DNA of 64,000 bases, taken from the IMG/VR virus record IMGVR_UViG_3300032242_002802, positions 4,075 to 68,074 of that record; one strand, given 5' to 3'. This document shows, piece after piece, positions 39,248 through 48,560 of the stretch. Below the pieces are notes generated by a model. The model was not told where the DNA came from. It saw nothing but the letters and a program-made list of their open reading frames with translations, and did no database searches. This DNA is from a virus. Position 1 is the first letter of the stretch. Every line of letters starts with the position of its first letter. Made by a program: the position numbers and the translations under genes.

Positions 39248-40408
39248 TTATTTCTTTCTACAACTACAAGTGCATGCATCTCCACATTTACACTCAGTTG
39301 CAATCCTATCACAACAATCACAATAAGTATTACTTTCTTTAGCTAAACGTTTTGCTTTATTCTTCAAAAGATTTGCATAAGGATCTTGTCTTGTTTCTCC
39401 ACCACCTGGTGTAAATCTATCATTTGCTTTCCCATCTTCAATTGCTAAGTTATTAAAACTTGCAAATGGCATAATAGATGATTCTAAACCTGGAGTTTGT
39501 GACATATTTTCAGAGAACTCATCATATTGTTTAACTCTTGTAGGGATATTAGTTCTTACAATGTTCTCAGGTTTATTAGTATCTTTGATAATAAACTCAT
39601 CAATAAAAGGCCATAGTTGTTCATGATCTATATCTTCACTTGAAAGTGCATTAGTCATGTGTCTAACATTTCCTGGGTCATCATCAGAGAAACCTACTTT
39701 TGCAGTGTAACCAATTTTCTTAGCATAATCATTAACATCTTTAATAAAGTCTTTAAGAGCATCTTCTTTAGCTGCCTCTGGATTCTCAGGAGAACCACCT
39801 CTTGAAGGAGCAGATACACCAATAAAGTGACATAAATCTAAATAATCTTGAACCAATTCAGATTTAGAGAAACTTGACATACTTTCATAATTGTCTTCAT
39901 GGTCTCTTGATTTACCAAATAATTGTAAGAACATTAGCAAACTATCATGCATTTTAGACTTTTCTTCTTGAGATAAACTATCAATTACAAATTCAACACC
40001 TTTTCTCATACCTTCTGATTCATGTCCTCTTGCAGTAATAATTGCAAATACAGAACCATTAGTCAAACACTCAATGAAGTCCTCCCAAGCAGGACCAAAA
40101 GCTCCCATGTTTATAGCTTTAGCAACATCTTTTTTGAATATTTCAGGGTCTTCAATATCTCTAAAGTTTCTAAATGCTCTTGAATAGTCTAATCCAACAA
40201 TAGTTTCACCTTTGTATTCAAAGTCTTCTTTACCTAATTTAGAACGATGTATTGCAAAATCTGCAGTACTCATACCAATTTCTTCACCATCTTTAGTTTT
40301 TACCATTATCTCAGTTGGCATATTTAAAATATTGTCATCCCAGTCAAAAGCTGCATATTGGAGTACAGGTTTGTTTATATTTTCATTAAATTTTTTTAAA
40401 AACCTCAT
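39248..40408 (-). CDS. HAD-superfamily phosphatase-like protein with Cys-rich tail, CTS-like N-terminus
   Basis: AFDWDDNI (motif I), IITARG (motif II), FSDDD (motif IV); MRFLKKFNEN. Confidence 0.75.
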   Translation of the reverse strand: MRFLKKFNENINKPVLQYAAFDWDDNILNMPTEIMVKTKDGEEIGMSTADFAIHRSKLGKEDFEYKGETIVGLDYSRAFRNFRDIEDPEIFKKDVAKAINMGAFGPAWEDFIECLTNGSVFAIITARGHESEGMRKGVEFVIDSLSQEEKSKMHDSLLMFLQLFGKSRDHEDNYESMSSFSKSELVQDYLDLCHFIGVSAPSRGGSPENPEAAKEDALKDFIKDVNDYAKKIGYTAKVGFSDDDPGNVRHMTNALSSEDIDHEQLWPFIDEFIIKDTNKPENIVRTNIPTRVKQYDEFSENMSQTPGLESSIMPFASFNNLAIEDGKANDRFTPGGGETRQDPYANLLKNKAKRLAKESNTYCDCCDRIATECKCGDACTCSCRKK

Positions 40409-40510
40409 AATTTAATTTTTTTTTATACACTATATATAAATTATAATATATTTATTTTACATTGGATAGGGAGGTGTCATAATTTTATATATAAATAAAA
40501 ACAATATTTT

Positions 40511-41413
40511 ATGTATTCAGATAAATCAATAGATATAAAAATAGGTAAACATAATATAGATTATTATTTAGAAAGAGGTTATGATGTAAGAATAAAAGAA
40601 ATTCACAAAATAAAATCTTGTGATGTTATAAAAACAGTTTCTAATAGAATATATGTTATATGTCAAAATTGTTTCATTGAGAGAGATGTACAATCTTGTA
40701 ATTATCATAATCAATTAAAAAAACAAAACTTTTATGTATGTTCAAATTGTTCACATACAAAAATAAAAAAAACAAACCTAATTAAATATGGAACTGAGTG
40801 TCCTCTTCAAAATATAAAGATAATTGAGAAAACCAAAAAAACTATGTTAAAAGAATATGGAGTTGATAATATTTCAAAATTGGATTCAATTAAAGATGAT
40901 AGGAGAGAAAACTTCAAAACAGAGAATTTTAAAAATAAATCTAAAATAACATGGTTGGGTAAATATGGAGTTGATAATCCTTCAAAGTCGGATGGTATTA
41001 AATTAAAAAAGGAAGAAACAACATTTATGAATTATGGGGTTAAAAATCCATCACAATCATCACTCATTTTTGAAAAATCACAAATAAGTGGTAAAAAAAT
41101 AAAACTACATGATTGTGGATTAATGTATAGAGGTACTTATGAAAAAGACTTTTTAGATTTTTGTATGAGTGAAAATATTTATGTTGAAAAAGGGTTGACT
41201 ATAAAATATAATTATGAAGGTACTGATAGATATTATCATTCAGACTTTTTCATACCTAATCTAAATCTTATATGTGAAATAAAATCATTATATTATTATG
41301 AATTATATTTAGATAAAAATATATCAAAAATGAAAAGCGCTATTGATAATGGATATAACTTTGAATTTATAATAGATAAAAAATATGATAAAATAAAAAT
41401 CCCTCTTAATTGA
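40511..41413 (+). CDS. Homing-endonuclease-like protein (Zn ribbon, KYGVDN repeats, PD-(D/E)xK nuclease)
   Basis: CQNC…CSNC; YGVDN/YGVKN repeats; YHSDFFIPNLNLICEIKS. Confidence 0.75.
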   Translation: MYSDKSIDIKIGKHNIDYYLERGYDVRIKEIHKIKSCDVIKTVSNRIYVICQNCFIERDVQSCNYHNQLKKQNFYVCSNCSHTKIKKTNLIKYGTECPLQNIKIIEKTKKTMLKEYGVDNISKLDSIKDDRRENFKTENFKNKSKITWLGKYGVDNPSKSDGIKLKKEETTFMNYGVKNPSQSSLIFEKSQISGKKIKLHDCGLMYRGTYEKDFLDFCMSENIYVEKGLTIKYNYEGTDRYYHSDFFIPNLNLICEIKSLYYYELYLDKNISKMKSAIDNGYNFEFIIDKKYDKIKIPLN

Positions 41414-41423
41414 GGGATTTTAA

Positions 41424-41639
41424 TTATGTATAGTATGCACCATAGCTACCACCACTATCTCTATCAGAATTTATTGCCTTGCATATAGAATCTGCTGCTT
41501 TTTTAGTTATATTTAGTGTTGCAATTTCTTTCTCACCTTTATACTCTATAATAGTCAAATCAACAATTCTCTTATCAAGACCAAATGAATCTGTCTTAAA
41601 AAAATCAGAAAAATTCTCAAATACTTTTAAATATTTCAT
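41424..41639 (-). CDS. Small hypothetical protein, CTS-like N-terminus
   Basis: MKYLKVFENF. Confidence 0.7.
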   Translation of the reverse strand: MKYLKVFENFSDFFKTDSFGLDKRIVDLTIIEYKGEKEIATLNITKKAADSICKAINSDRDSGGSYGAYYT

Positions 41640-41649
41640 TTAATTTTAA

Positions 41650-41946
41650 TTACTTTTTATTAATAAAAGATTGAAAAGATTCTAATGTTTCTTTTTCATC
41701 ATCTTCATCCTCTTCTTCTTCTTCACTTTCCTCATCATCTTGTGGGAAATCTTCTTCTTGTGCTTGACCATCAAAATCTTTGAATCCTTTGATGTCTTCA
41801 TCATCACCTTGACCTTCTTCACCTTCTGGTGTTTCTAATGTGAACTCTTCTACAGTTTCACCATCTAAATCAGCTTTAACGGTTACAACACCATCAACTT
41901 CTTCAATTTCTATTTCATATCCAAGTACTTCAACTTTAGTTTTCAT
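41650..41946 (-). CDS. Acidic small protein
   Basis: E/D-rich; C-terminal LESFQSFINKK resembles the tag. Confidence 0.7.
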   Translation of the reverse strand: MKTKVEVLGYEIEIEEVDGVVTVKADLDGETVEEFTLETPEGEEGQGDDEDIKGFKDFDGQAQEEDFPQDDEESEEEEEDEDDEKETLESFQSFINKK

Positions 41947-42059
41947 ATTGTTATATTTTTTTATTTTTATATATTAAATAATAAAAGTCCTTTTTTTCAC
42001 TTTTTGTAATATAAACTTTTACTAGTTTTACCAATAAAAACAAAAAATAATACTTACAA

Positions 42060-42719
42060 ATGTCAAAAGACTTTAACAAATACTTACTTAGTCAGTCAAT
42101 CTCAAGTACTTCACAAGATGCTTATTTTAAAAAACTTCAAAAATTAAATAGTACACCATTATTACTTGAAAGTAATGGAATCTCAGTAGATATATTCTCA
42201 AAATTATTAGAAGATAGAATCATCTTTCTATCAACAGAAATAGATGATTATGTTTGTAATATCATAAAAGCTCAATTACTTTATTTAGAAATGGAAAGTG
42301 ATGAAGATATAGAAATTTATATTGATTCTCCTGGTGGTTCAGTTTATTCAGGATTAGGTTTACTTGATGTAATGGACTATGTTAAACCTGATATAGTTAC
42401 TATGAATACAGGATTGGCCGCATCAATGGCTGCAGTTATTCTTTGTTCTGGTACAAAAGGTAAAAGAAAATCTTTAAAAAGAAGTAGAACTATGATTCAT
42501 CAACCTTTAGGATATGGTGGTTATGCACAAGCATCTGATATGGAAATTGAAGCTAAAGAAATAAACTCTTTGAAGAAAGAACTTTATGAAATAATTTCAG
42601 AAAGAACAGGTCAAACTTATGATAAAGTTTACAAAGATAGTGATAGAGATTATTGGATGACTGCAATTGATGCCAAGAAATATGGTATGATTGATGAAAT
42701 AATTATAAAAAGAAAATGA
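42060..42719 (+). CDS. clpP: ATP-dependent Clp protease proteolytic subunit
   Basis: DIFSKLLEDRIIFL, YIDSPGGSV, GLAASMA (Ser), MIHQP (His), DRDYWM (Asp). Confidence 0.95.
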   Translation: MSKDFNKYLLSQSISSTSQDAYFKKLQKLNSTPLLLESNGISVDIFSKLLEDRIIFLSTEIDDYVCNIIKAQLLYLEMESDEDIEIYIDSPGGSVYSGLGLLDVMDYVKPDIVTMNTGLAASMAAVILCSGTKGKRKSLKRSRTMIHQPLGYGGYAQASDMEIEAKEINSLKKELYEIISERTGQTYDKVYKDSDRDYWMTAIDAKKYGMIDEIIIKRK

Positions 42720-43246
42720 TAATTGCAATTATTGCTTGGGGTTCTTTAATATGGGAACCTAAAGAATTGCAATTTGATGAAAAAATTGGTTGGTTAGAAA
42801 ATGGTCCAATTTTACCTATTGAGTTTGCAAGAATATCAAACAATAAAAGATTAACATTGGTGATAACACCTGATGGAACACCTGTAAAAACAATGTATTC
42901 TATATCAACTAATAATAGATTGGATTTAGCAGTTACTAATTTAATGAAAAGAGAAGGAACTATAAAAAGACATATTCATAGTTATTGTAAAATAAATGGA
43001 TTTTCAGATGATACATTTTCTTATAAAAAAAATATAACAGACTGGATTAATAATACTGATTATGATTGTGTTATATGGACTAATCTTCCTGAAAATTGGA
43101 AAGAGAAGACTAATGACAGAATAGAATATTTAAAAAGTTTAAGTTTAGATGAAAGTTTATTAGCAAAAGAATATATTTGTAATACACCAAAACAAACTCA
43201 AACAAATTATAGAACTCTAATTGAAGAAAAACTCAATTGGAAATAA
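42716..43246 (+). CDS. Gamma-glutamylcyclotransferase/ChaC-like protein
   Basis: IIAWGSLIW N-terminal loop, RLTLV, LMKREG. Confidence 0.55.
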   Translation: MIIAIIAWGSLIWEPKELQFDEKIGWLENGPILPIEFARISNNKRLTLVITPDGTPVKTMYSISTNNRLDLAVTNLMKREGTIKRHIHSYCKINGFSDDTFSYKKNITDWINNTDYDCVIWTNLPENWKEKTNDRIEYLKSLSLDESLLAKEYICNTPKQTQTNYRTLIEEKLNWK

Positions 43247-43264
43247 AAAATAACTAATTCTAAA

Positions 43265-43693
43265 ATGGATATTAGTAATTTATCAAAAGAACAAAAAATT
43301 GAAAAGATAATAGAAGACCATTCTAAGAAGAAAGTTGCAACCATTTCAAGTACTCTTTTCCCAAAAGAAAAACTAAAAGATAGTGAAATAATAAATATAC
43401 TTGATAAAATAATTGATGAGATTGGTTATATTGCAGATGCACCAAACATTATGATTGGTCATGTTAGTCATAGCTCAAAAACAATTGTAGGTAGTTCAAT
43501 TAAAGAATTAACTGACTTTGTAATAAAAACCTTAGGTAAAGATGAGTCTATTGGAGTGTATCAAATTGGATTTGATAAACAAATTAACAAATATAGTATA
43601 AGATGTTTTTTCTATGATGATATTGGTAGAAAAGTAAGAAGAATAAGAGAAAATAAAATAGATTTAATATTAAATGATAAACCAAATATTTAA
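43265..43693 (+). CDS. Hypothetical protein
   Basis: C-terminal IRENKIDLIL. Confidence 0.65.
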   Translation: MDISNLSKEQKIEKIIEDHSKKKVATISSTLFPKEKLKDSEIINILDKIIDEIGYIADAPNIMIGHVSHSSKTIVGSSIKELTDFVIKTLGKDESIGVYQIGFDKQINKYSIRCFFYDDIGRKVRRIRENKIDLILNDKPNI

Positions 43694-44414
43694 TGAAGAT
43701 AATTTAAGTACAATGATGAGAATACCAGATAAAACAATTTCTGGTATTATTACCAGTCCACCTTACAACATCACCACAAAAAGAAAAGATATTTATTACA
43801 ACAATGGATATTCTGATAATGATAATTTAACAGAAGAAGAATACCTTAGTGTAAGAACAAATGAGTTCAAAGAGTTCTCAAGAATTATGATTGATAGAGG
43901 TGTTATTTGTTATAACATTTCTTATCACAATGAGAATCCTATTTTACCAACACTTTTAATAAGTAAAATACATAATGAAACAGATTTGACAATTGCTGAT
44001 ATTATTACTTGGAAAAAGTCAAATGCTATTCCATTTCAAACAAGTCCTACTAAACTATCAAGACTATGTGAGTTAGTTTATGTAATTGTTAAGAAAGAAC
44101 ATTTACATGACTTTATTACTAATAAAGAAGTTAGTACTATTAATGAGAAGACTAAACAAAAGTTCTATAAGAATTATGTTAATATAATTGAAACTAAGAA
44201 TAATGATGGTATAAAGTGTAAACTAAAAGCTTCCTATTCTGAGGAATTTGTAGAGAAATTAATGAATATTTATTTTCCAGAAAGTAGTTTAATTTATGAT
44301 CCATTCATTGGTATTGGAACAACTGCAAGAGCTTGTAAGAAAAATGGTAGAAATTATTTAGGATCTGAATTAGATAAAGAACATTATGATATTGCTATTG
44401 ATTTATTGAAATAA
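43674..44414 (+). CDS. Beta-class N4-C/N6-A DNA methyltransferase
   Basis: ITSPPYN precedes YDPFIGIGTT. Confidence 0.9.
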   Translation: MINQIFNEDNLSTMMRIPDKTISGIITSPPYNITTKRKDIYYNNGYSDNDNLTEEEYLSVRTNEFKEFSRIMIDRGVICYNISYHNENPILPTLLISKIHNETDLTIADIITWKKSNAIPFQTSPTKLSRLCELVYVIVKKEHLHDFITNKEVSTINEKTKQKFYKNYVNIIETKNNDGIKCKLKASYSEEFVEKLMNIYFPESSLIYDPFIGIGTTARACKKNGRNYLGSELDKEHYDIAIDLLK

Positions 44415-44442
44415 AAAAACCCACTTAATAGTGGGTTTTTAA

Positions 44443-44895
44443 TTATGCTTGACCTTCATCAGTTTTAGGTTTTGGCTTTCTTCTACGTCTTGGTTTAGAC
44501 TTTTTCTCTGGTGCAACTTCTGCAACTGGTGCATCAATTGGAAACTCAGATTTTTTCTTACCTTTGATGTCTTTTGCTGTTACTTTTTTCTCAGTAGCAA
44601 CTTCTGCAAGTTTTTCACTAATAACTTTAACTTCTTTTTTCTCAGTTTTAGCTTTAGATCTTCTTCTAGCTGGTTTTTTAGTTTCCTCAGCTTTTACAAC
44701 TGGTACTTCTACTTCTTTAGTTTCCACAACTTCTTGAGTTGGTACTTCTTTAGTTTCCACAACCTCAGTTGGTACTTCTACTACTTCACAAACTTCTGGA
44801 GTTGGACAAGATTCAGGTGTGTCACATCCACATGTATCACAATCTTCCACTTTTTTACCACCAAAAAGTTCTTTAAAGAATTTAATTAATCCCAT
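44443..44895 (-). CDS. Low-complexity Lys/Glu-rich protein with Cys cluster and VVETKE repeats
   Basis: CDTCGC…C…C; VPTEVVETKE repeats; basic RRR clusters. Confidence 0.65.
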   Translation of the reverse strand: MGLIKFFKELFGGKKVEDCDTCGCDTPESCPTPEVCEVVEVPTEVVETKEVPTQEVVETKEVEVPVVKAEETKKPARRRSKAKTEKKEVKVISEKLAEVATEKKVTAKDIKGKKKSEFPIDAPVAEVAPEKKSKPRRRRKPKPKTDEGQA

Positions 44896-45030
44896 AATTT
44901 TAATTTGTTTTTTTTTATTATATATTCAATCTATCATCTTCCCTTTGTAAAAAACCTTAAAATTTTAAACATTTCAAGGTAAATCAAGGTTTTACAAAAC
45001 AAACTGATATATTTTATATATAATAATGAG

Positions 45031-46644
45031 ATGAAGTTTAGATATGATAAAGAAACAGAAGAATTAGTAGTCAGTGAAGCAACAAGAATAGAATATCATC
45101 AAATGAGTTTATGGTTAACTCGTCATGTAAAAGGTTGGAAATATCAACCGGCAGTGAAGTTAGGTGTATGGGATGGTAAAAAGTCTTATTTCAGAGATGG
45201 TAGAATAAATGTTGGATTATGGAAAGAAGCATTCAGAGGATGTAAAGAAATTGATGTACCCTTTATTGTTGAAAATAAAGAAGACTTTCCAATAAATAGA
45301 GATGTTACTTTAGAAAAAGTACAAGATTTCTGTAAAGAGTTCTTCAAAACTCATAAAATGAAAAAAGATGGTGAAATAGTTCCTTTTATGCCTTATGACC
45401 ATCAAATTGAAGCAGCATACAAAATTTTAAAGAATAGATATTGTATGGCAGAGGTAGCAACTTCTGGTGGTAAATCTTTAATCATATCAATAGTTATGTT
45501 TTATACTTTGAAACATACAGACCCAAGTGCCAAATTTCTTATTATAGTGCCTTCTATTACACTTGTAACACAATTCTATGATAATATAGTTGAATATAAT
45601 TTTGGCTTAAATAACCTTCTTGAAATGCGTGAGAAGAAAATAGAAAAATTTGAAGACTTACATAATGGACATACACCTTGTACTGTAAGAGTAGAAGAAG
45701 TAATGTCAGATAGACCAAGAAAATTCTCAGGTACTGAAAATCCTAATGTTTATATTGGTACTTATCAATCTTTAGAGAAATGGCCTAAAAAGTTCTTTGA
45801 ACAATTTCACACTGTGGCAACAGATGAAGCACATGGTGCCAAAGCAAAAACAATTACATCTATTTTAGAAAGTACTTTTAATAAAGCTTATTCAAGATTT
45901 GGAGTATCTGGTACATTTCCTACTGATGAAACTTGTGAGATACTAACTATTCAATCAGTCTTAGGACCTAAAATAACAGAGGTTTCTGCTGATGAATTAA
46001 AGAAGAAGGGTATTATTACTCCAATGGATATAAAAGCTGTTATAATGAACCATAATGACTTGGATTTTGCAGAACGTTTAAAACAAATAAGAAAATCAGG
46101 AGATGGTAAATCAGCATTTGATTTTGAGAAAGCTTATGCACATCAATCAGAGAAAAGATTAGAGTTTATTAAAAAGATAGTTGATAAGTGTTCTAATAAT
46201 ACTTTGTTATTATTCCACACTATTGATAATGGTCAAAAAATATACCAAAAGTTAAAAGATGAATTACCTGATAAAGAGTTCTTTTATATTGATGGTGAGA
46301 TTAGTGGTAGAAAAAGAGAGGTTATAAAAAAAGAGATGGAAGTTACTGATGGTAAAGTAAGAGTTCTTGTTGCTTCTTTTGGTACACTTTCTACTGGTGT
46401 AAGTATCAATGCAATTTTCAATGTTATATTTACAGATTCATTTAAGTCTGAGCAAATCATTATTCAGAGTATTGGACGTGGATTACGTTTACACTCTGAT
46501 AAAGATAAGGTTAATATATTTGACTTAGTTGATATTTTTGATCCAAATGATTTGAATAATATACTTTACAAACACTACTTAGAACGTAAAGGTTTCTATA
46601 TTAAAAGAAAATATCCTTATAAAGAAATAAAAATTAATTTGTAG
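45031..46644 (+). CDS. uvsW: UvsW-like SF2 DNA helicase
   Basis: WDGK, YDHQ, ATSGGKS, DEAH, GVSGT, STGVSI, QSIGRGLR. Confidence 0.9.
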   Translation: MKFRYDKETEELVVSEATRIEYHQMSLWLTRHVKGWKYQPAVKLGVWDGKKSYFRDGRINVGLWKEAFRGCKEIDVPFIVENKEDFPINRDVTLEKVQDFCKEFFKTHKMKKDGEIVPFMPYDHQIEAAYKILKNRYCMAEVATSGGKSLIISIVMFYTLKHTDPSAKFLIIVPSITLVTQFYDNIVEYNFGLNNLLEMREKKIEKFEDLHNGHTPCTVRVEEVMSDRPRKFSGTENPNVYIGTYQSLEKWPKKFFEQFHTVATDEAHGAKAKTITSILESTFNKAYSRFGVSGTFPTDETCEILTIQSVLGPKITEVSADELKKKGIITPMDIKAVIMNHNDLDFAERLKQIRKSGDGKSAFDFEKAYAHQSEKRLEFIKKIVDKCSNNTLLLFHTIDNGQKIYQKLKDELPDKEFFYIDGEISGRKREVIKKEMEVTDGKVRVLVASFGTLSTGVSINAIFNVIFTDSFKSEQIIIQSIGRGLRLHSDKDKVNIFDLVDIFDPNDLNNILYKHYLERKGFYIKRKYPYKEIKINL

Positions 46645-46688
46645 TGACTCTATAATAATATATAATAGATAAAATTAATATTATATAA

Positions 46689-48545
46689 ATGTCATTAACA
46701 CAATCTGCTACTGCAAGTAGAACTGGTGCAACAAGTTCTAATTTTGATGCAACTGGTGTAAAAGTAACTCTTACTAAGAAAAGTGGACCTGGTGAACTTA
46801 TTGGTGTTACTGATAAATTAGTTACAAATGGATTCATTGACTTTGATGGAATACAATTTGATACTCCAGGTGAGTATGTTATTACTATAAGTACTGACTC
46901 CTATTTAGTAGAAACTAAGGACATAACAATAACTGTTATTGCTAATGATGAAGTAATACCACAAGAAAAGTCAAGAGGTGAAGAACAAAAACCAATAGAG
47001 GGTACAAGACCTATAATTGCACAAATAGATAAACCAACTATTACTTTGAATCCAATTGAGTTTGATGCAAATGATGATGCACATAATAAAGAAGTTGGTG
47101 TTGGTTTAGGTTTTACTCCATTTGTTTGGTATAATGCATATCAGATAAGTGTAAGAGATATTAAGTCACTTAGATTATATTATGATGGTATTACACCTAA
47201 AGTTGTTTTAAATTTTGTGGATTCAGTTGGTTTTATGAAAAAAGAGGGTATGCCTTTAGATGATACTAAAATTGAAATATTTTTTAATTCAGGTACAAAA
47301 AACTTGAAGTCAATTCATATGAAGTTTAAGGTAATAAACTTTCAAGAGAATAAAGGACATTCATACACAATTACAGGTAGTATTGAACTTAAAGATTTCT
47401 ATAAAATTAACTATAAAAGTTATAAAGGAACATCATTTGAGGCAATAAGACAATTATCTACTGAATTACAATTAGGATTTAATTCAAATATAACAAATAC
47501 AATAGATAGTATGAATTGGGTAAATCATGGAATTGTATTTAGAGATTTCTTAGCAGGTATAATAAATCATTCATATATATCAGATACCTCATATGTTTTG
47601 GGTTATATTGATTATTATTATTGTTTTAACTATGTTGATATAGAAAAAGAGTGGTTAAGAGATATATCTAATGATGTTGGTCTATCATCAACTGGTGTTA
47701 ACCATTTGAATGAAGATTCTCAAAAAGATAAGATTGAGAGAATGTTATTAACAACTGATAAAGGTTCTAATATGAGTCCATTTTATATTGCAAAGTACAA
47801 AGTAACTAATAACTCTACAAAAATATCTACTACAAAAGGTTATTTTACAACAACAAAGGCATATGATTCAATTTCAAAACAATTTTTAGTTTTTGATGTA
47901 GATTCACAAAGTGGTGACCAAAACACAAACATATCATTAAAGGGAGCACCAGGTGATGGTAAGGCAATGGAAGAAACATTTAGAACAAAGTATTCTGGTA
48001 AAATGGATACTGAAAATGTTCATAAAAACTATTACTATTCTGAGACTCAAAACCAAGTTAACTTAGATAATATGGTCAGAATATCTGTTACATTAGAATT
48101 ACCTAATGCAAATTTTAATCTTTATAAATTTCAAAAAATTCAGATTATATTCAGTAATGAAAAAAATACACCTTCAAACTCAGACCAAACTCAAGCAAGA
48201 CTTAATGGTGAATGGATGATAATTGATATTGCTTATAATTGGACTAGTGGTCATTTAATTCAAGAAGTTAAATGTGTTAGAAAAGAACTTAGTAAAACAC
48301 CAGAAGAAATTAGAGATAATACAAATAACTCTGCTGCCAAACCAGAAGTTAATACACAAAATAATGTAAATCCAACACCTGGAACACAATCAACACCTCA
48401 AAATGTTACACTACCTCCAAATAGTGTTTATAAAGTTGGTGAGATTTATAATGTTGAAAGTAAAGATGGTAAGAAATACACATTAAAAATTACAAGTATT
48501 TCTACAAATGGAAATGAAGTTAATGCAATTGTAACAAATGCATAA
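46689..48545 (+). CDS. Probable baseplate hub/tail protein
   Basis: First gene of the tail cluster; RLNGEWMIIDI hub-like C-terminal motif. Confidence 0.5.
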   Translation: MSLTQSATASRTGATSSNFDATGVKVTLTKKSGPGELIGVTDKLVTNGFIDFDGIQFDTPGEYVITISTDSYLVETKDITITVIANDEVIPQEKSRGEEQKPIEGTRPIIAQIDKPTITLNPIEFDANDDAHNKEVGVGLGFTPFVWYNAYQISVRDIKSLRLYYDGITPKVVLNFVDSVGFMKKEGMPLDDTKIEIFFNSGTKNLKSIHMKFKVINFQENKGHSYTITGSIELKDFYKINYKSYKGTSFEAIRQLSTELQLGFNSNITNTIDSMNWVNHGIVFRDFLAGIINHSYISDTSYVLGYIDYYYCFNYVDIEKEWLRDISNDVGLSSTGVNHLNEDSQKDKIERMLLTTDKGSNMSPFYIAKYKVTNNSTKISTTKGYFTTTKAYDSISKQFLVFDVDSQSGDQNTNISLKGAPGDGKAMEETFRTKYSGKMDTENVHKNYYYSETQNQVNLDNMVRISVTLELPNANFNLYKFQKIQIIFSNEKNTPSNSDQTQARLNGEWMIIDIAYNWTSGHLIQEVKCVRKELSKTPEEIRDNTNNSAAKPEVNTQNNVNPTPGTQSTPQNVTLPPNSVYKVGEIYNVESKDGKKYTLKITSISTNGNEVNAIVTNA

Positions 48546-48560
48546 AAAATAAGAATAAAA

